From positions 174,706-238,705 of the forward strand of contig JACPLC010000001.1 of assembly GCA_016186695.1 (NCBI GenBank): a stretch of 64,000 bases of DNA, in the 5' to 3' direction. The translations under genes and the position numbers were made by a program. Positions 19,900-29,299 of this stretch are shown in pieces. Position 1 is the first letter of the stretch, and each line of letters begins with the position of its first letter. Source of the stretch: Candidatus Kaiserbacteria bacterium (GTDB lineage: Bacteria; Patescibacteriota; Minisyncoccia; Phycocordibacterales; UBA2100). A model generated the notes under the pieces. It was not told where the DNA came from. It did not search any database and was given only the letters and a program-made list of their open reading frames with translations.

Positions 19900-20544
19900 A
19901 TGCAAATAATTACGCGCCCGGTGGCTGTTGAAAATTTGCGCAAGTATATCGGCCAAAATCTGAGAACTTTAGCTGCGGGATTCGGTATCACGACCTACGA
20001 AACTGGCAAACAAAATAAAGGCTGGAAAGGGTTGGTTCTCGAGCGATTAGCGGGGTTGAGCACAAACGTTACCAAAGCTCCGAATGGTCTGACTTTCGAA
20101 CTTAAGTCGGTGGCTTTTCGATTTGTTGGGAAAGATCTTGTTCCTAAGGAGACGATGGCAATAACGATGATTAATCCGGAGGAATTGAAAGCCCACTCAT
20201 TCTTTGAAAGCCATGTTTGGGCAAAACTCAAAGTGGTTGTATTTTGCGCTGTTGAGTGGAGTGGACAAAATGCTCAAAGTGCCAAACTTTTACATGTCGC
20301 TAGTTTAGATTTTGCGGAGGACGACGCACTTATACAGGAAATAAAGGCTGACTACGACCTCATTCGAAATAAGCTCATCAAGCAAGGGTTCAAGGCATTG
20401 ACTGGTAGAGATGGGAAGTGGATTCAGGCACGAACGAAAGGAGTCGGGGGAATAAATCCTCGAACTGGCGCTCGTCGACCGATTACCCGCGCATTTTATG
20501 CTCGAACAAGTTTAGTAAAGAAGATTTTTGAGATAGCGAGTTAG
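19900..20544 (+). CDS. MutH/Sau3AI-family endonuclease (single domain)
   Basis: NKGWKGLVLE; ELKS; PKETMAITMI; IQARTKG; TRAFY, all MutH/Sau3AI motifs. Confidence 0.85.
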   Translation: MQIITRPVAVENLRKYIGQNLRTLAAGFGITTYETGKQNKGWKGLVLERLAGLSTNVTKAPNGLTFELKSVAFRFVGKDLVPKETMAITMINPEELKAHSFFESHVWAKLKVVVFCAVEWSGQNAQSAKLLHVASLDFAEDDALIQEIKADYDLIRNKLIKQGFKALTGRDGKWIQARTKGVGGINPRTGARRPITRAFYARTSLVKKIFEIAS

Positions 20545-20564
20545 GTTATGATAGGCTTGGGAGG

Positions 20565-21434
20565 ATGAATAAACTCGTTGTTGTTGTGGTGGTGCTCGTC
20601 GCACTCGTCGGCGGATTTTTTTTGTTCAGTTCTTCCGTCTCCCAAGAAAAACAAGGTTCAGACGATAAAGATGCCGAGTCTTTGACAGACGGAGCATCCG
20701 CAGTCTCGCCTCCACCCACGAGCGCTTCCGTACAGAAAGACCAAATCCTTCCGCCTCCTCCATCCCCAAAGCCGGCAGTGCAGCAACAGCACTTCACTCC
20801 GCAACCTCCGAGCCCTCAAACAAATTCCGATGAACCGCCTTTGAAATTGAAAGGTATCGGCGTCAATTTTGAGGATTTTACATTCACGAAAGAGAAGCTT
20901 CAATTTGGCCGGCTTTTTATGGGCTTTGGTTTTGTTATTCCCGGAAGCAGCTCAAGCTCGGGCCAAGATAAATCGAATCCCCAGCCGACCTATGTACTGC
21001 CCCTAGGGACGCCCGTGCGCTCAATCGTAGATGGGGTAGTGGCGGCTATTCCGACGCTCTGGAGCGGAGATGTATCCATTCAGGTCACTGCAAACGGGAA
21101 AATGGAAAAATGGGTCTATGAGACGGAGCATCTTATTAATCCGAAGGTTGCGGTGGGCGACAAGGTCGTCGCCGGTCAGATAATCGGGGAGGTGGGTTCT
21201 TTCGGCAACGGGGATCCTCCCGGATACGGAGCCGTGGAGATCGGATTAGTGAAAGGAGGTCAAACCCCACAGCATGTGTGCCCGTTTGCATATCTTGATG
21301 ATTCGATTCGAGAGGCAACGTTTGCAAAGATGAGAGACCTTTTCCAATCATGGGAAGAGTATGTGGGAGACCAAACGCTGTATTCCGATACGCAAATTCC
21401 CGGGTGCGTCACACTCAATCCGATCGAAGGATGA
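20565..21434 (+). CDS. Membrane-anchored M23 peptidase-like protein (degenerate)
   Basis: LGTPVRSIVDGVV; YETEHL..VAVGDKVVAGQIIGEVG; canonical HxxxD and HxH ligands not intact. Confidence 0.6.
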   Translation: MNKLVVVVVVLVALVGGFFLFSSSVSQEKQGSDDKDAESLTDGASAVSPPPTSASVQKDQILPPPPSPKPAVQQQHFTPQPPSPQTNSDEPPLKLKGIGVNFEDFTFTKEKLQFGRLFMGFGFVIPGSSSSSGQDKSNPQPTYVLPLGTPVRSIVDGVVAAIPTLWSGDVSIQVTANGKMEKWVYETEHLINPKVAVGDKVVAGQIIGEVGSFGNGDPPGYGAVEIGLVKGGQTPQHVCPFAYLDDSIREATFAKMRDLFQSWEEYVGDQTLYSDTQIPGCVTLNPIEG

Positions 21435-21487
21435 GTGTGGCAGCTCTGGAGGAGAGTTGTTTGATGCGTTTGTGTTAGCATCACCGC

Positions 21488-22465
21488 ATGTTAGTGGACG
21501 AGGTAACGATGACGCTACGCGCGGGGCGCGGCGGGCGCGGCGCAGTCGCGTTCAATAAGGTAAAGCTGATGCAGGGACCCACCGGTGGCGACGGCGGTCG
21601 GGGCGGCTCTATCTATTTCGAAGGTATCCCGGACATCAATGCGTTGAAGCCGTTTGCGAGTCGCAAGGAGATACAAGGGAAAGACGGCGGCAACGGCCGC
21701 GGGCAATTTATCGACGGCCCCGATGCGCCAGACACGGTGCTCAAGGTGCCCACCGGCACGAGCATTGTCAATACAGAGAGCGGCTATACGCGTGAGCTCA
21801 CGCGCGCGGGCGAGCGGATTCTTGCGGCAGGCGGGGGAGAGGGCGGGCGCGGTAATTTTAAATTCCGCTCGAGCACTAACACCTCGCCGAAAGAATTTGA
21901 AGAGGGGACGGAGGGCGACGTGGCGACCTACCGACTCGAACTGCGTCTTATTGCCGACGTAGGATTAGTGGGGCTCCCGAATGCGGGCAAATCGAGCCTC
22001 GTGAACGAGCTCACGGCCGCTGCGGCCAAGGTGGGTGATTATCCCTTCACGACACTGGAGCCGAATCTCGGTGCGTATTATGGCCTCATCATTGCCGACA
22101 TTCCGGGGCTCATCGAAGGAGCCTCGGAGGGGAAGGGGCTTGGCGTCAAATTCTTGAAACACATCGAGCGCACGAAGACACTTTTCCATCTGGTCTCGGC
22201 AGACTCTGTCGACGTCGTGCGCGACTACCAGATAATTCGTGACGAACTACAGAAGTACAATCCGAAATTACTGGAAAAAAGCGAGCACGTCTTTCTCTCC
22301 AAGTGCGATACCGTTTCTCCCGAGGAGGTAAAAGCAAAGCTCGCAGCGCTTAAGAAAAAAAAGATCACCGCGCTACCGATATCAGTCCTCGACGAAAGCT
22401 CGCTTAAGGAAGTGAAGAAGATACTCAATGAGATCAAAGATGTTCAGGGGATTGAAACAGGCTGA
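21488..22465 (+). CDS. obgE: GTPase ObgE (short form without C-terminal domain)
   Basis: Gly-rich Obg fold; GLPNAGKSS; YPFTTLEPNLG; ADIPGLIEGA. Confidence 0.95.
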   Translation: MLVDEVTMTLRAGRGGRGAVAFNKVKLMQGPTGGDGGRGGSIYFEGIPDINALKPFASRKEIQGKDGGNGRGQFIDGPDAPDTVLKVPTGTSIVNTESGYTRELTRAGERILAAGGGEGGRGNFKFRSSTNTSPKEFEEGTEGDVATYRLELRLIADVGLVGLPNAGKSSLVNELTAAAAKVGDYPFTTLEPNLGAYYGLIIADIPGLIEGASEGKGLGVKFLKHIERTKTLFHLVSADSVDVVRDYQIIRDELQKYNPKLLEKSEHVFLSKCDTVSPEEVKAKLAALKKKKITALPISVLDESSLKEVKKILNEIKDVQGIETG

Positions 22466-22684
22466 CTGTTGCACGGGAGTTGTTTGATACCGAGACAGTT
22501 CTTGCAGAATGAATGCTCGATCGTCCCTCAAGAAACGCGCCTCGTGTAATCCGCTTTCTGGGGAAAAGAGGCGGCTTGGCCCCGTTTAGCTGGTAATATT
22601 TCTTATGTACGGCCGTCTTCACACTCCGTACACCCGCCAAAAGGCGGTTTACATTAGCCATTAACAATTAATACACAGAGCTAT

Positions 22685-23761
22685 ATGCAGAGATTATCCA
22701 TAGCCGCGGGCACGATCATCGTGAGCGCGGTACTTTTGTTTGGAGGCGCATTCGCCTATGCCGAATCGAACGATTCGAGGGGCAACAGCGATGCCGCCAA
22801 GAAGAACGTTGAAATTCTTCAGGAGCAGATAAAGAAGCTCAATGAGCAGATAAAGGAGCTCATGAAGAAACAGCAGGAGGCAGTGAAGGATTTCCGCAAG
22901 TCTCTCGTCGACGATGACGATGATGATGGCGATGACGACTCGCGTACGGGCACGAGCACGCGTGCCGCAGTGAAGGAGTTTCGCTCCGACCTTGAGGCAA
23001 CAAGGAGCGAACTCAAGTTCCTCCGGTCGCTCCGGCGCGGTATGTCGGGAGACGACGTGCGCGACCTGCAGGAACTTCTCTCGCAGGACTCGGACATATT
23101 TCCCTCCGGCCTTATCACCGGATTCTTCGGTGCGCTCACCGAACAGGCGGTGAAGAGGTTCCAGGAAAAGCACGGCATCGAAAGGTTGGGCATCTTCGGC
23201 CCGAAGACGCAGGCGAAGATCCTCGCGCTCTTCGTCGGCCGTGAACTGCCACCGGGCATCATCAAGCGACTCGGCCTCGGAACGAGTACGACGACCCCCG
23301 GCGCGGGCGTCGTGACGATCTGCCACAAACCTGCCGGCGCCTCGCCGCAGACTATCGTGATAGCGGTGCCTGCGCTCGGCGCGCACCTAGCGCATGGCGA
23401 TACGGCAGGCATCTGCCCCGGAGCGGCAACGACGACACCTCCGACATCACCACCACCCCCGCCGGCAGACACGACCGCGCCGGTCATCTCCGGCCAAGCG
23501 GTTTCCGGCATCTCGTCGACGACCGCAATGCTCTCGTGGAGCACAAACGAGACAGCAACGGGCAAGGTCTACTACTCGACGAGTGTGCCGGTCAACCTCG
23601 CGACGGCGCTCACGGTGAGTTCGGCCTCGGCAACCACGAGCCACGCCCTCACGCTCACGGGCCTTACCGCGAGCACGACCTACAGCTACGCGCTGGAAGC
23701 GAAGGACGCCGCGGGCAATACCGCGACGACATCGGCGCAAAGCTTCGTGACGATAAATTAG
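22685..23761 (+). CDS. Secreted protein: coiled coil, peptidoglycan-binding domain, FN3-like domain
   Basis: GDDVRDLQ..TGFFG.LT..AVKRFQ; VTICHKP..AHLAHGD..G.C; DTTAPVIS..WSTNE..LTGLTASTTY..DAAGN. Confidence 0.8.
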   Translation: MQRLSIAAGTIIVSAVLLFGGAFAYAESNDSRGNSDAAKKNVEILQEQIKKLNEQIKELMKKQQEAVKDFRKSLVDDDDDDGDDDSRTGTSTRAAVKEFRSDLEATRSELKFLRSLRRGMSGDDVRDLQELLSQDSDIFPSGLITGFFGALTEQAVKRFQEKHGIERLGIFGPKTQAKILALFVGRELPPGIIKRLGLGTSTTTPGAGVVTICHKPAGASPQTIVIAVPALGAHLAHGDTAGICPGAATTTPPTSPPPPPADTTAPVISGQAVSGISSTTAMLSWSTNETATGKVYYSTSVPVNLATALTVSSASATTSHALTLTGLTASTTYSYALEAKDAAGNTATTSAQSFVTIN

Positions 23762-23777
23762 CGGGATTGTGCAGATG

Positions 23778-23815
23778 ATGCAGCCGCCGGCCTTTAGCCG
23801 GCGGCTGCATTTTTT
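23778..23815 (+). terminator. Rho-independent terminator
   Basis: atgcagccgccggc-cttta-gccggcggctgcat followed by a T-run. Confidence 0.85.
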
Positions 23816-23832
23816 CAGTGTATGATTTCCTG

Positions 23833-24315
23833 ATGCAGGCGACATATTTTCGTAATTTTGTTTTTGGTGTCGAAGATAGTCTCGTCTCGACGGTGGGGCT
23901 CCTCTCGGGAGTTGCGATTGCAGGCGTTGCGCGGGAGACGATACTGCTCACCGGCATAGTTCTCATTTTCGTGGAGGCGTTCTCGATGGCTGCGGGGAGT
24001 TTTCTTTCGGAAACTTCGGCGGAGGAATATACGACTAAGCGCGAGGCCGTGGCATCGGACTCGTTCTTCGCGGGCACAGTCATGTTTGCCTCGTACTTCG
24101 TTGCGGGTTTCGTCCCGCTTTTTCCGTATGTAGTTGTTGCAGGCACCAATGCCCTCCCCCTCTCCATCGCCTCATCAGTGCTCGCACTTTTCATACTCGG
24201 GCTTGTAAGCGGCACGCTTTCGAAGACGTCTCTCCTCAGAAGTGCACTGCGCATGACGATCGTAGGCGGCATCGCGATAGCGGTTGGCGTCACCGTCGGC
24301 TCTCTCCTCGGTTAA
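23833..24315 (+). CDS. VIT1/CCC1 family transporter
   Basis: FVFGVEDSLVST; AFSMAAGSFLS; GFVPLFPY. Confidence 0.85.
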   Translation: MQATYFRNFVFGVEDSLVSTVGLLSGVAIAGVARETILLTGIVLIFVEAFSMAAGSFLSETSAEEYTTKREAVASDSFFAGTVMFASYFVAGFVPLFPYVVVAGTNALPLSIASSVLALFILGLVSGTLSKTSLLRSALRMTIVGGIAIAVGVTVGSLLG

Positions 24316-24377
24316 TGTCCCAATTTGTATAAGTGGATAACCGCTTGTTAGGTTTCGAGAGTCGGTACAATAAGGGC

Positions 24378-24548
24378 ATGGCAAAGAATGCGAAAAAAGG
24401 GCGCGGCCGAAGGGGCGAGGTAAACAAACGCTCGCAGGTTCTCTCGCCGCGCAACAAGCGCTGGACCAAGGTCAATAATAAAACCGGCCGATTCATGGAT
24501 CAGATGAAGCGAATGGGCCGGGCTTTCAAAGGCGTGCGGATGAAGTAG
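24378..24548 (+). CDS. Small basic conserved hypothetical protein
   Basis: TACAAT 6 nt before the ATG; RSQ..P...W.K....TGRFMD.....FKGVR pattern recalled from a widespread small-protein family. Confidence 0.6.
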   Translation: MAKNAKKGRGRRGEVNKRSQVLSPRNKRWTKVNNKTGRFMDQMKRMGRAFKGVRMK

Positions 24549-24611
24549 CGCACCTAAGCGGCGTTTTGCCCGCACTTGCTCTGTGCCGGAGTTTGGCATA
24601 GAAAGTATGGG

Positions 24612-25214
24612 ATGAAAGGGTACAGCCTCACGTTTTTTGTCGCGATCGGCATGGTTCTCGGGATCGTTGTGTTCGTTTCGACGATGACGGGCGCGCTCTG
24701 GTATACGCCGGATTCTGAGGTTCCCGCGCCTGCTCTCGAAGGACTCGCGGAGCAGACTGCCTCTGCTGAAGACTATCCTGTCCGTCTCAAGATACCGGCG
24801 ATCGCGGTCGACGCGACAGTTCAGTATGTGGGAGTGAATGCGAAGGGCAACATGGCAGCACCCTCAAACTTTACCGACGTGGGATGGTACAAGTACGGCA
24901 CCGTGCCCGGTTTTGTGGGGAGCGCCGTGGTGACAGGGCACGTCGACAACGCACTCGCCCTGCCGGGAGTTTTTAAAAATCTCCACGCCTTGAAGGTCGG
25001 CGACGAGATTTATATGGAGAGTAAAGACGGCAGTGAGCTGCGTTTCAGGGTTGCTGAAATTCAAACATATCCCTACACACACGTTCCGCTGAAAACTCTT
25101 TTCTCGCGGCGTGATCTCCCGCGCCTCAACCTCATTACCTGCAAAGGCGCGTGGCTTCAAAGCGAGCGGAGCTACGACGAGCGCCTCGTCGTCTACGCGG
25201 AGCTTGTTTCGTAG
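24612..25214 (+). CDS. Class F sortase
   Basis: PVRLKIPAI; VGWY..PG..GSAVVTGHVD; LNLITC; R in RLVVYA. Confidence 0.9.
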   Translation: MKGYSLTFFVAIGMVLGIVVFVSTMTGALWYTPDSEVPAPALEGLAEQTASAEDYPVRLKIPAIAVDATVQYVGVNAKGNMAAPSNFTDVGWYKYGTVPGFVGSAVVTGHVDNALALPGVFKNLHALKVGDEIYMESKDGSELRFRVAEIQTYPYTHVPLKTLFSRRDLPRLNLITCKGAWLQSERSYDERLVVYAELVS

Positions 25215-25245
25215 TAGTCGCGCTATACTTTCGAGGACTCTCGAT

Positions 25246-26274
25246 ATGAGTTTCTACCGAGCGTTTGTTCGTCCGACAATAGATCTGTTTTCAGGTTTCG
25301 ATCGGGAACGCGCGCACTACATTGCGCTGTATGCGCTTCGCTCGTACGGCACTCTTTTTCGATTTGGCGGTGTTCGCAACGAGGTGAGAGCGTTTGGCGT
25401 TACGTTCCCGAATCCGGTCGGTGTTGCCGCCGGCTTTGATAAGCACGCGATCGCACTTGCCGGCTTGGAGGCGCTCGGGTTTGGCTTTGTCGAAGTGGGC
25501 ACGGTCGTACCGCTGCCGCAGGAGGGGAATCCGCGCCCGCGTCTTTTCCGACTTACCGAGGATCGGGCAATCATCAATCGCATGGGATTCAACAGCGAAG
25601 GAGCAGCGGCGCTCGCGAAGCGTCTTTCTGCCCATCGGGTACATCGTATCCCGATCGGCGTGAACATCGGGAAAAACAAGGACACGCCACTCGCGCAGGC
25701 AGCCGATGATTACGAGAAATGTATTGAGAGACTCTACCCACACGCCGATTATTTCACCGTCAACGTGAGCTCGCCGAATACGAAAGACCTTAGACAGCTT
25801 CAGGAGAAACAACAACTCGAAACACTACTTGCGCGCGTCCAAAGGAAAATACATGAATGTGCGCAAGGCGCAAAAATAAAGCCGATGCTCCTCAAGATCG
25901 CGCCGGATCTCTCGCAGAGCGAACAGGACGACATCCTCTCGGTCGCGGCATCCCGCGTGCAGGGACTCGTGATCTGCAATACGACGGTTGCGCGGCCGCC
26001 ATCTCTCCGCTCTCGGCATCGGGCGGAAACCGGAGGCTTGAGCGGGAAGCCTCTGCAAGCGCGCGCTCTTGAGCTCGTGCGGTACGTGCACACGCGGTTG
26101 CCCACCATGCCCATCATCGGAGTCGGAGGCATTCTTTCGCCTGACGATGCGCTGCGCATGTTCGATGCCGGCGCGTCGCTCGTTCAGCTCTACACCGGTC
26201 TTATTTTTGAGGGTCCGTTCCTTCCGTATCGCATCAATCGCGCACTCGCGGCGCGCGCGAGCCGCTCGAATTGA
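25246..26274 (+). CDS. pyrD: Dihydroorotate dehydrogenase, class 2 (quinone-type)
   Basis: NPVGVAAGFDK; GNPRPRLFRL; INRMGFNS; NIGKNKDT; NVSSPNT; GGLSGKP. Confidence 0.95.
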   Translation: MSFYRAFVRPTIDLFSGFDRERAHYIALYALRSYGTLFRFGGVRNEVRAFGVTFPNPVGVAAGFDKHAIALAGLEALGFGFVEVGTVVPLPQEGNPRPRLFRLTEDRAIINRMGFNSEGAAALAKRLSAHRVHRIPIGVNIGKNKDTPLAQAADDYEKCIERLYPHADYFTVNVSSPNTKDLRQLQEKQQLETLLARVQRKIHECAQGAKIKPMLLKIAPDLSQSEQDDILSVAASRVQGLVICNTTVARPPSLRSRHRAETGGLSGKPLQARALELVRYVHTRLPTMPIIGVGGILSPDDALRMFDAGASLVQLYTGLIFEGPFLPYRINRALAARASRSN

Positions 26275-26286
26275 TATACTGCCGGA

Positions 26287-27357
26287 ATGCTCCATGCGCC
26301 GTTCTACGATCCAAGCAAAACGTACTACGAGAATTGGGAAGAGGGGCCGTTCGGTGATTTTCGAGACGGCGTGAAGGTGCCTCAAAGTGCGCCGCGGTTT
26401 GATTTCCTCGGTCAAAAGATTTCGTATCCGATCGGAATTCCGGCGGGACCGCTTTTGAACAGCCGATTCGTCAAGGCGGCCTTCGACAAAGGTTTCGATG
26501 TCGTCGTTTACAAAACGGTGCGGACGCGTGAATATCGCGCGCATCCGTGGCCAAATATCTTGGGCGTACAGCTCGAAGGAGATCTCACGATCGAGCGCGC
26601 GAAAGAGCCCGTCGTCGTAAAGAACGAATATAAAGAGCCGCTTTCCATCACGAATTCGTTCGGTGTGCCATCGTATCCGCCCGAGGTGTGGAAGGACGAT
26701 CTTACAGAAGCGATCAGCTATGCAAAAGACGGGCAGCTCGTCATCGGAAGCTTCGAAGGGACATCGTGGGAGGGCACATCTGCAGACGGGTACATCGACG
26801 ATTGGGCAGAGGTTGCAGAGATGGTCGTTGCCCGCGGCGCGAAGGTCATTGAGGGAGATTTTTCTTGTCCAAATGAGGGCGGCGCAGGATTGCTTTGCTT
26901 CGACGTGCCGAAAATGAAATTGATAGCTGCGCGCATCAGAGAGCGGATCGGTAGCGTGCCGCTCCTCGCGAAGCTTGCATACTTCGAAGATTCCGCGCTT
27001 CGCGAGCTCGTACAGGAATTGGGCGATCTTGTCGACGGCTACTGTGCGATAAACACTATCTCCGCAGTTGTTGTGAATCCGGATGGAACACAGGCATTGC
27101 CGGGGCAAATGCGAAAGAGGAGCGGCATCTGCGGAACGGCGATCAAGTGGGGCGGCCTCGACATGGTTCGAAGGCTACGCTCGCTCCGCGAGGAGCTTGG
27201 TATGAACTATGCAATCGTAGGCGTCGGCGGTGTCATGGCCCCGAAGGATTTCAAAGAATACCGCGATTCTGGCGCCGATGTCGTTATGAGCGCGACCGGC
27301 GCAATGTGGAACCCCTACCTCGCAAAGGAGATCAAGGAAGCGTATCCAGACGCATAG
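26287..27357 (+). CDS. Divergent class-1-like dihydroorotate/dihydropyrimidine dehydrogenase homologue
   Basis: GIPAGPL; YKT; NSFG; FSCPN; INTI; SGICG; VGVGGV (FMN TIM barrel). Confidence 0.7.
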   Translation: MLHAPFYDPSKTYYENWEEGPFGDFRDGVKVPQSAPRFDFLGQKISYPIGIPAGPLLNSRFVKAAFDKGFDVVVYKTVRTREYRAHPWPNILGVQLEGDLTIERAKEPVVVKNEYKEPLSITNSFGVPSYPPEVWKDDLTEAISYAKDGQLVIGSFEGTSWEGTSADGYIDDWAEVAEMVVARGAKVIEGDFSCPNEGGAGLLCFDVPKMKLIAARIRERIGSVPLLAKLAYFEDSALRELVQELGDLVDGYCAINTISAVVVNPDGTQALPGQMRKRSGICGTAIKWGGLDMVRRLRSLREELGMNYAIVGVGGVMAPKDFKEYRDSGADVVMSATGAMWNPYLAKEIKEAYPDA

Positions 27358-27418
27358 TCTCTGATCCGGTATCTGAAGTTTTTGCAACAAATGTGCTACA
27401 TTGTGCCTCTAATTGGCT

Positions 27419-29245
27419 ATGTGCGGAATATTTGCATACACGGGGAAGGGGACGAAAGATGCGGGAAAGGTGCTTTTGCATGGCTTGACCGCTCTTGAGT
27501 ATCGCGGCTACGACTCTGCGGGAATTTATACGCCTGAAAGCGGAAGTATAAAAACGCCGGGAGCGGTTGCCGAGCTCAAGAAAAAAGTCCCGAAAAAGTT
27601 CAATGGAAAAAGCGGCATCGCGCACCTTCGATGGGCGACGCATGGCGAGCCGACGAAAATAAATGCGCATCCGCATTCCGATTGTCAGGGCGAGCTCTGG
27701 ATCGTACACAATGGCATCATCGAAAATTTCAAGGAGCTGAAGGAAAAGCTTGTGAAAGCGGGGCATACATTCGTATCGGAGTCCGACACGGAAGTCTTCG
27801 CGCATCTTGTCGAGGAACATATGAAGAAAACAAAAGACTTCGAAAAAGCTGCCATTGCCGCGCTCAAAGAGATCCGCGGCACATACGGCATGGCGATTCA
27901 GTACAAGGGTGAGCCTGAGAAACTGATTGCGGCGCGCATGGGCTCCCCGATAGTGCTCGGCGTGGGCAAGCATGAGCATTTCATCGCCTCGGATGCTTCA
28001 CCGATCCTTCCCCATACGAAAAAGGTTGTATTTCTTGAAGACGGAGAGATCGCCGTCATTACACCCGAGACACACACGGTCTACAAACTCGAAGGAAGCC
28101 GTGTCACACGCGCTCCGGAGGAAATTGAGTGGAGTGCGGAAGAGGCACAGAAAGGCGGACACGAGCACTTCATGCTGAAGGAAATCATGGAGGGTGCCGA
28201 AGTAATCGAGAACACATTGCGCGGCCGCCTGATTCCGGAAAAAGGGCTCGCGAAGCTCGGAGGCTTGGAGGGTGTCACGAAGAAATTGGCGAAAATAGAT
28301 CGCATCATCATCGTAGCCTGTGGCACCGCCTACTATGCCGGCTTGGTGGGCGAGTACATGCTCGAGGAACACGCGGGGATCCCTGTTGAGGTTGAGCTTG
28401 GGAGTGAATTCCGCTACCGGAAACCTGTTATCAATGAGAAGACGATCGTGCTTGCGATTTCGCAATCCGGAGAAACACTGGACACACTTGAGGCGATACG
28501 AGAGGGGAAGCGACGTGGGGCGCTCACACTCGGTATCGTGAACACCGTGGGCTCCACTATCGCGCGCGAAACAGACGCCGGCGTCTACAACCACGCCGGT
28601 CCCGAAATCGGGGTTGCTTCCACCAAGGCGTTCGTTTCCCAGCTCGTCGCGCTTGCGCTTCTCACCATCTTTTTGGGAAGACAGCGGGGTATGTCTCTCG
28701 TGGAGGGAAAGAAAATCGCAAAGGAGCTGAAAGCGCTTCCTGCAAAGGTCCAGAAGATATTTGAAGAGAAAGGGGCGATCGAGAAACTGGCTCGCAAATA
28801 TTCGGGAGCGAGAGATTTTCTCTTTATCGGACGCAAGTATAGTTATCCGGTTGCTTTTGAAGGCGCGTTGAAGTTGAAAGAAATCTCATACATTCATGCG
28901 GAAGGATGCGGGGCGGGGGAAATGAAGCACGGTCCTTTGGCGATGATAGACGAAAAATTCCCTACAGTGGCGCTCGCACCCTCGGATTCTGTGTACGAGA
29001 AAGTATTCTCTGCGATCCAGCAGATAAAGGCGCGCAGGGGTCCGGTGATCGCGCTCGCAACGGAGGGAAACAGGGAAGTTGAAAAGATAGCCGACGACGT
29101 CCTGTATATTCCTGAAACACTCGAGATGCTCACGCCAATCCTTTCCGTGATCCCACTCCAGCTCTTCGCCTACTACTTCGCGCGCAACAAAGGCTACAAC
29201 GTCGACCGCCCTAGAAATCTTGCTAAATCAGTAACGGTTGAGTAA
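27419..29245 (+). CDS. glmS: Glutamine-fructose-6-phosphate transaminase
   Basis: MCGI N-terminus; LEYRGYDSAG; RWATHG; VASTKAF; PRNLAKSVTVE. Confidence 0.98.
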   Translation: MCGIFAYTGKGTKDAGKVLLHGLTALEYRGYDSAGIYTPESGSIKTPGAVAELKKKVPKKFNGKSGIAHLRWATHGEPTKINAHPHSDCQGELWIVHNGIIENFKELKEKLVKAGHTFVSESDTEVFAHLVEEHMKKTKDFEKAAIAALKEIRGTYGMAIQYKGEPEKLIAARMGSPIVLGVGKHEHFIASDASPILPHTKKVVFLEDGEIAVITPETHTVYKLEGSRVTRAPEEIEWSAEEAQKGGHEHFMLKEIMEGAEVIENTLRGRLIPEKGLAKLGGLEGVTKKLAKIDRIIIVACGTAYYAGLVGEYMLEEHAGIPVEVELGSEFRYRKPVINEKTIVLAISQSGETLDTLEAIREGKRRGALTLGIVNTVGSTIARETDAGVYNHAGPEIGVASTKAFVSQLVALALLTIFLGRQRGMSLVEGKKIAKELKALPAKVQKIFEEKGAIEKLARKYSGARDFLFIGRKYSYPVAFEGALKLKEISYIHAEGCGAGEMKHGPLAMIDEKFPTVALAPSDSVYEKVFSAIQQIKARRGPVIALATEGNREVEKIADDVLYIPETLEMLTPILSVIPLQLFAYYFARNKGYNVDRPRNLAKSVTVE

Positions 29246-29299
29246 CAACGTGCTCCGCCAGCTGGCGGACTCGCGAAACCGGTAGCTGTCGAATAGTGT

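Noticed and set aside
24612-25214. Sortase-substrate pairing with the large surface proteins
   Set aside because: No convincing LPxTG-TM-basic tail found in the window's surface proteins
27358-27418. glmS ribozyme
   Set aside because: The gap is only ~60 nt and lacks the ribozyme core
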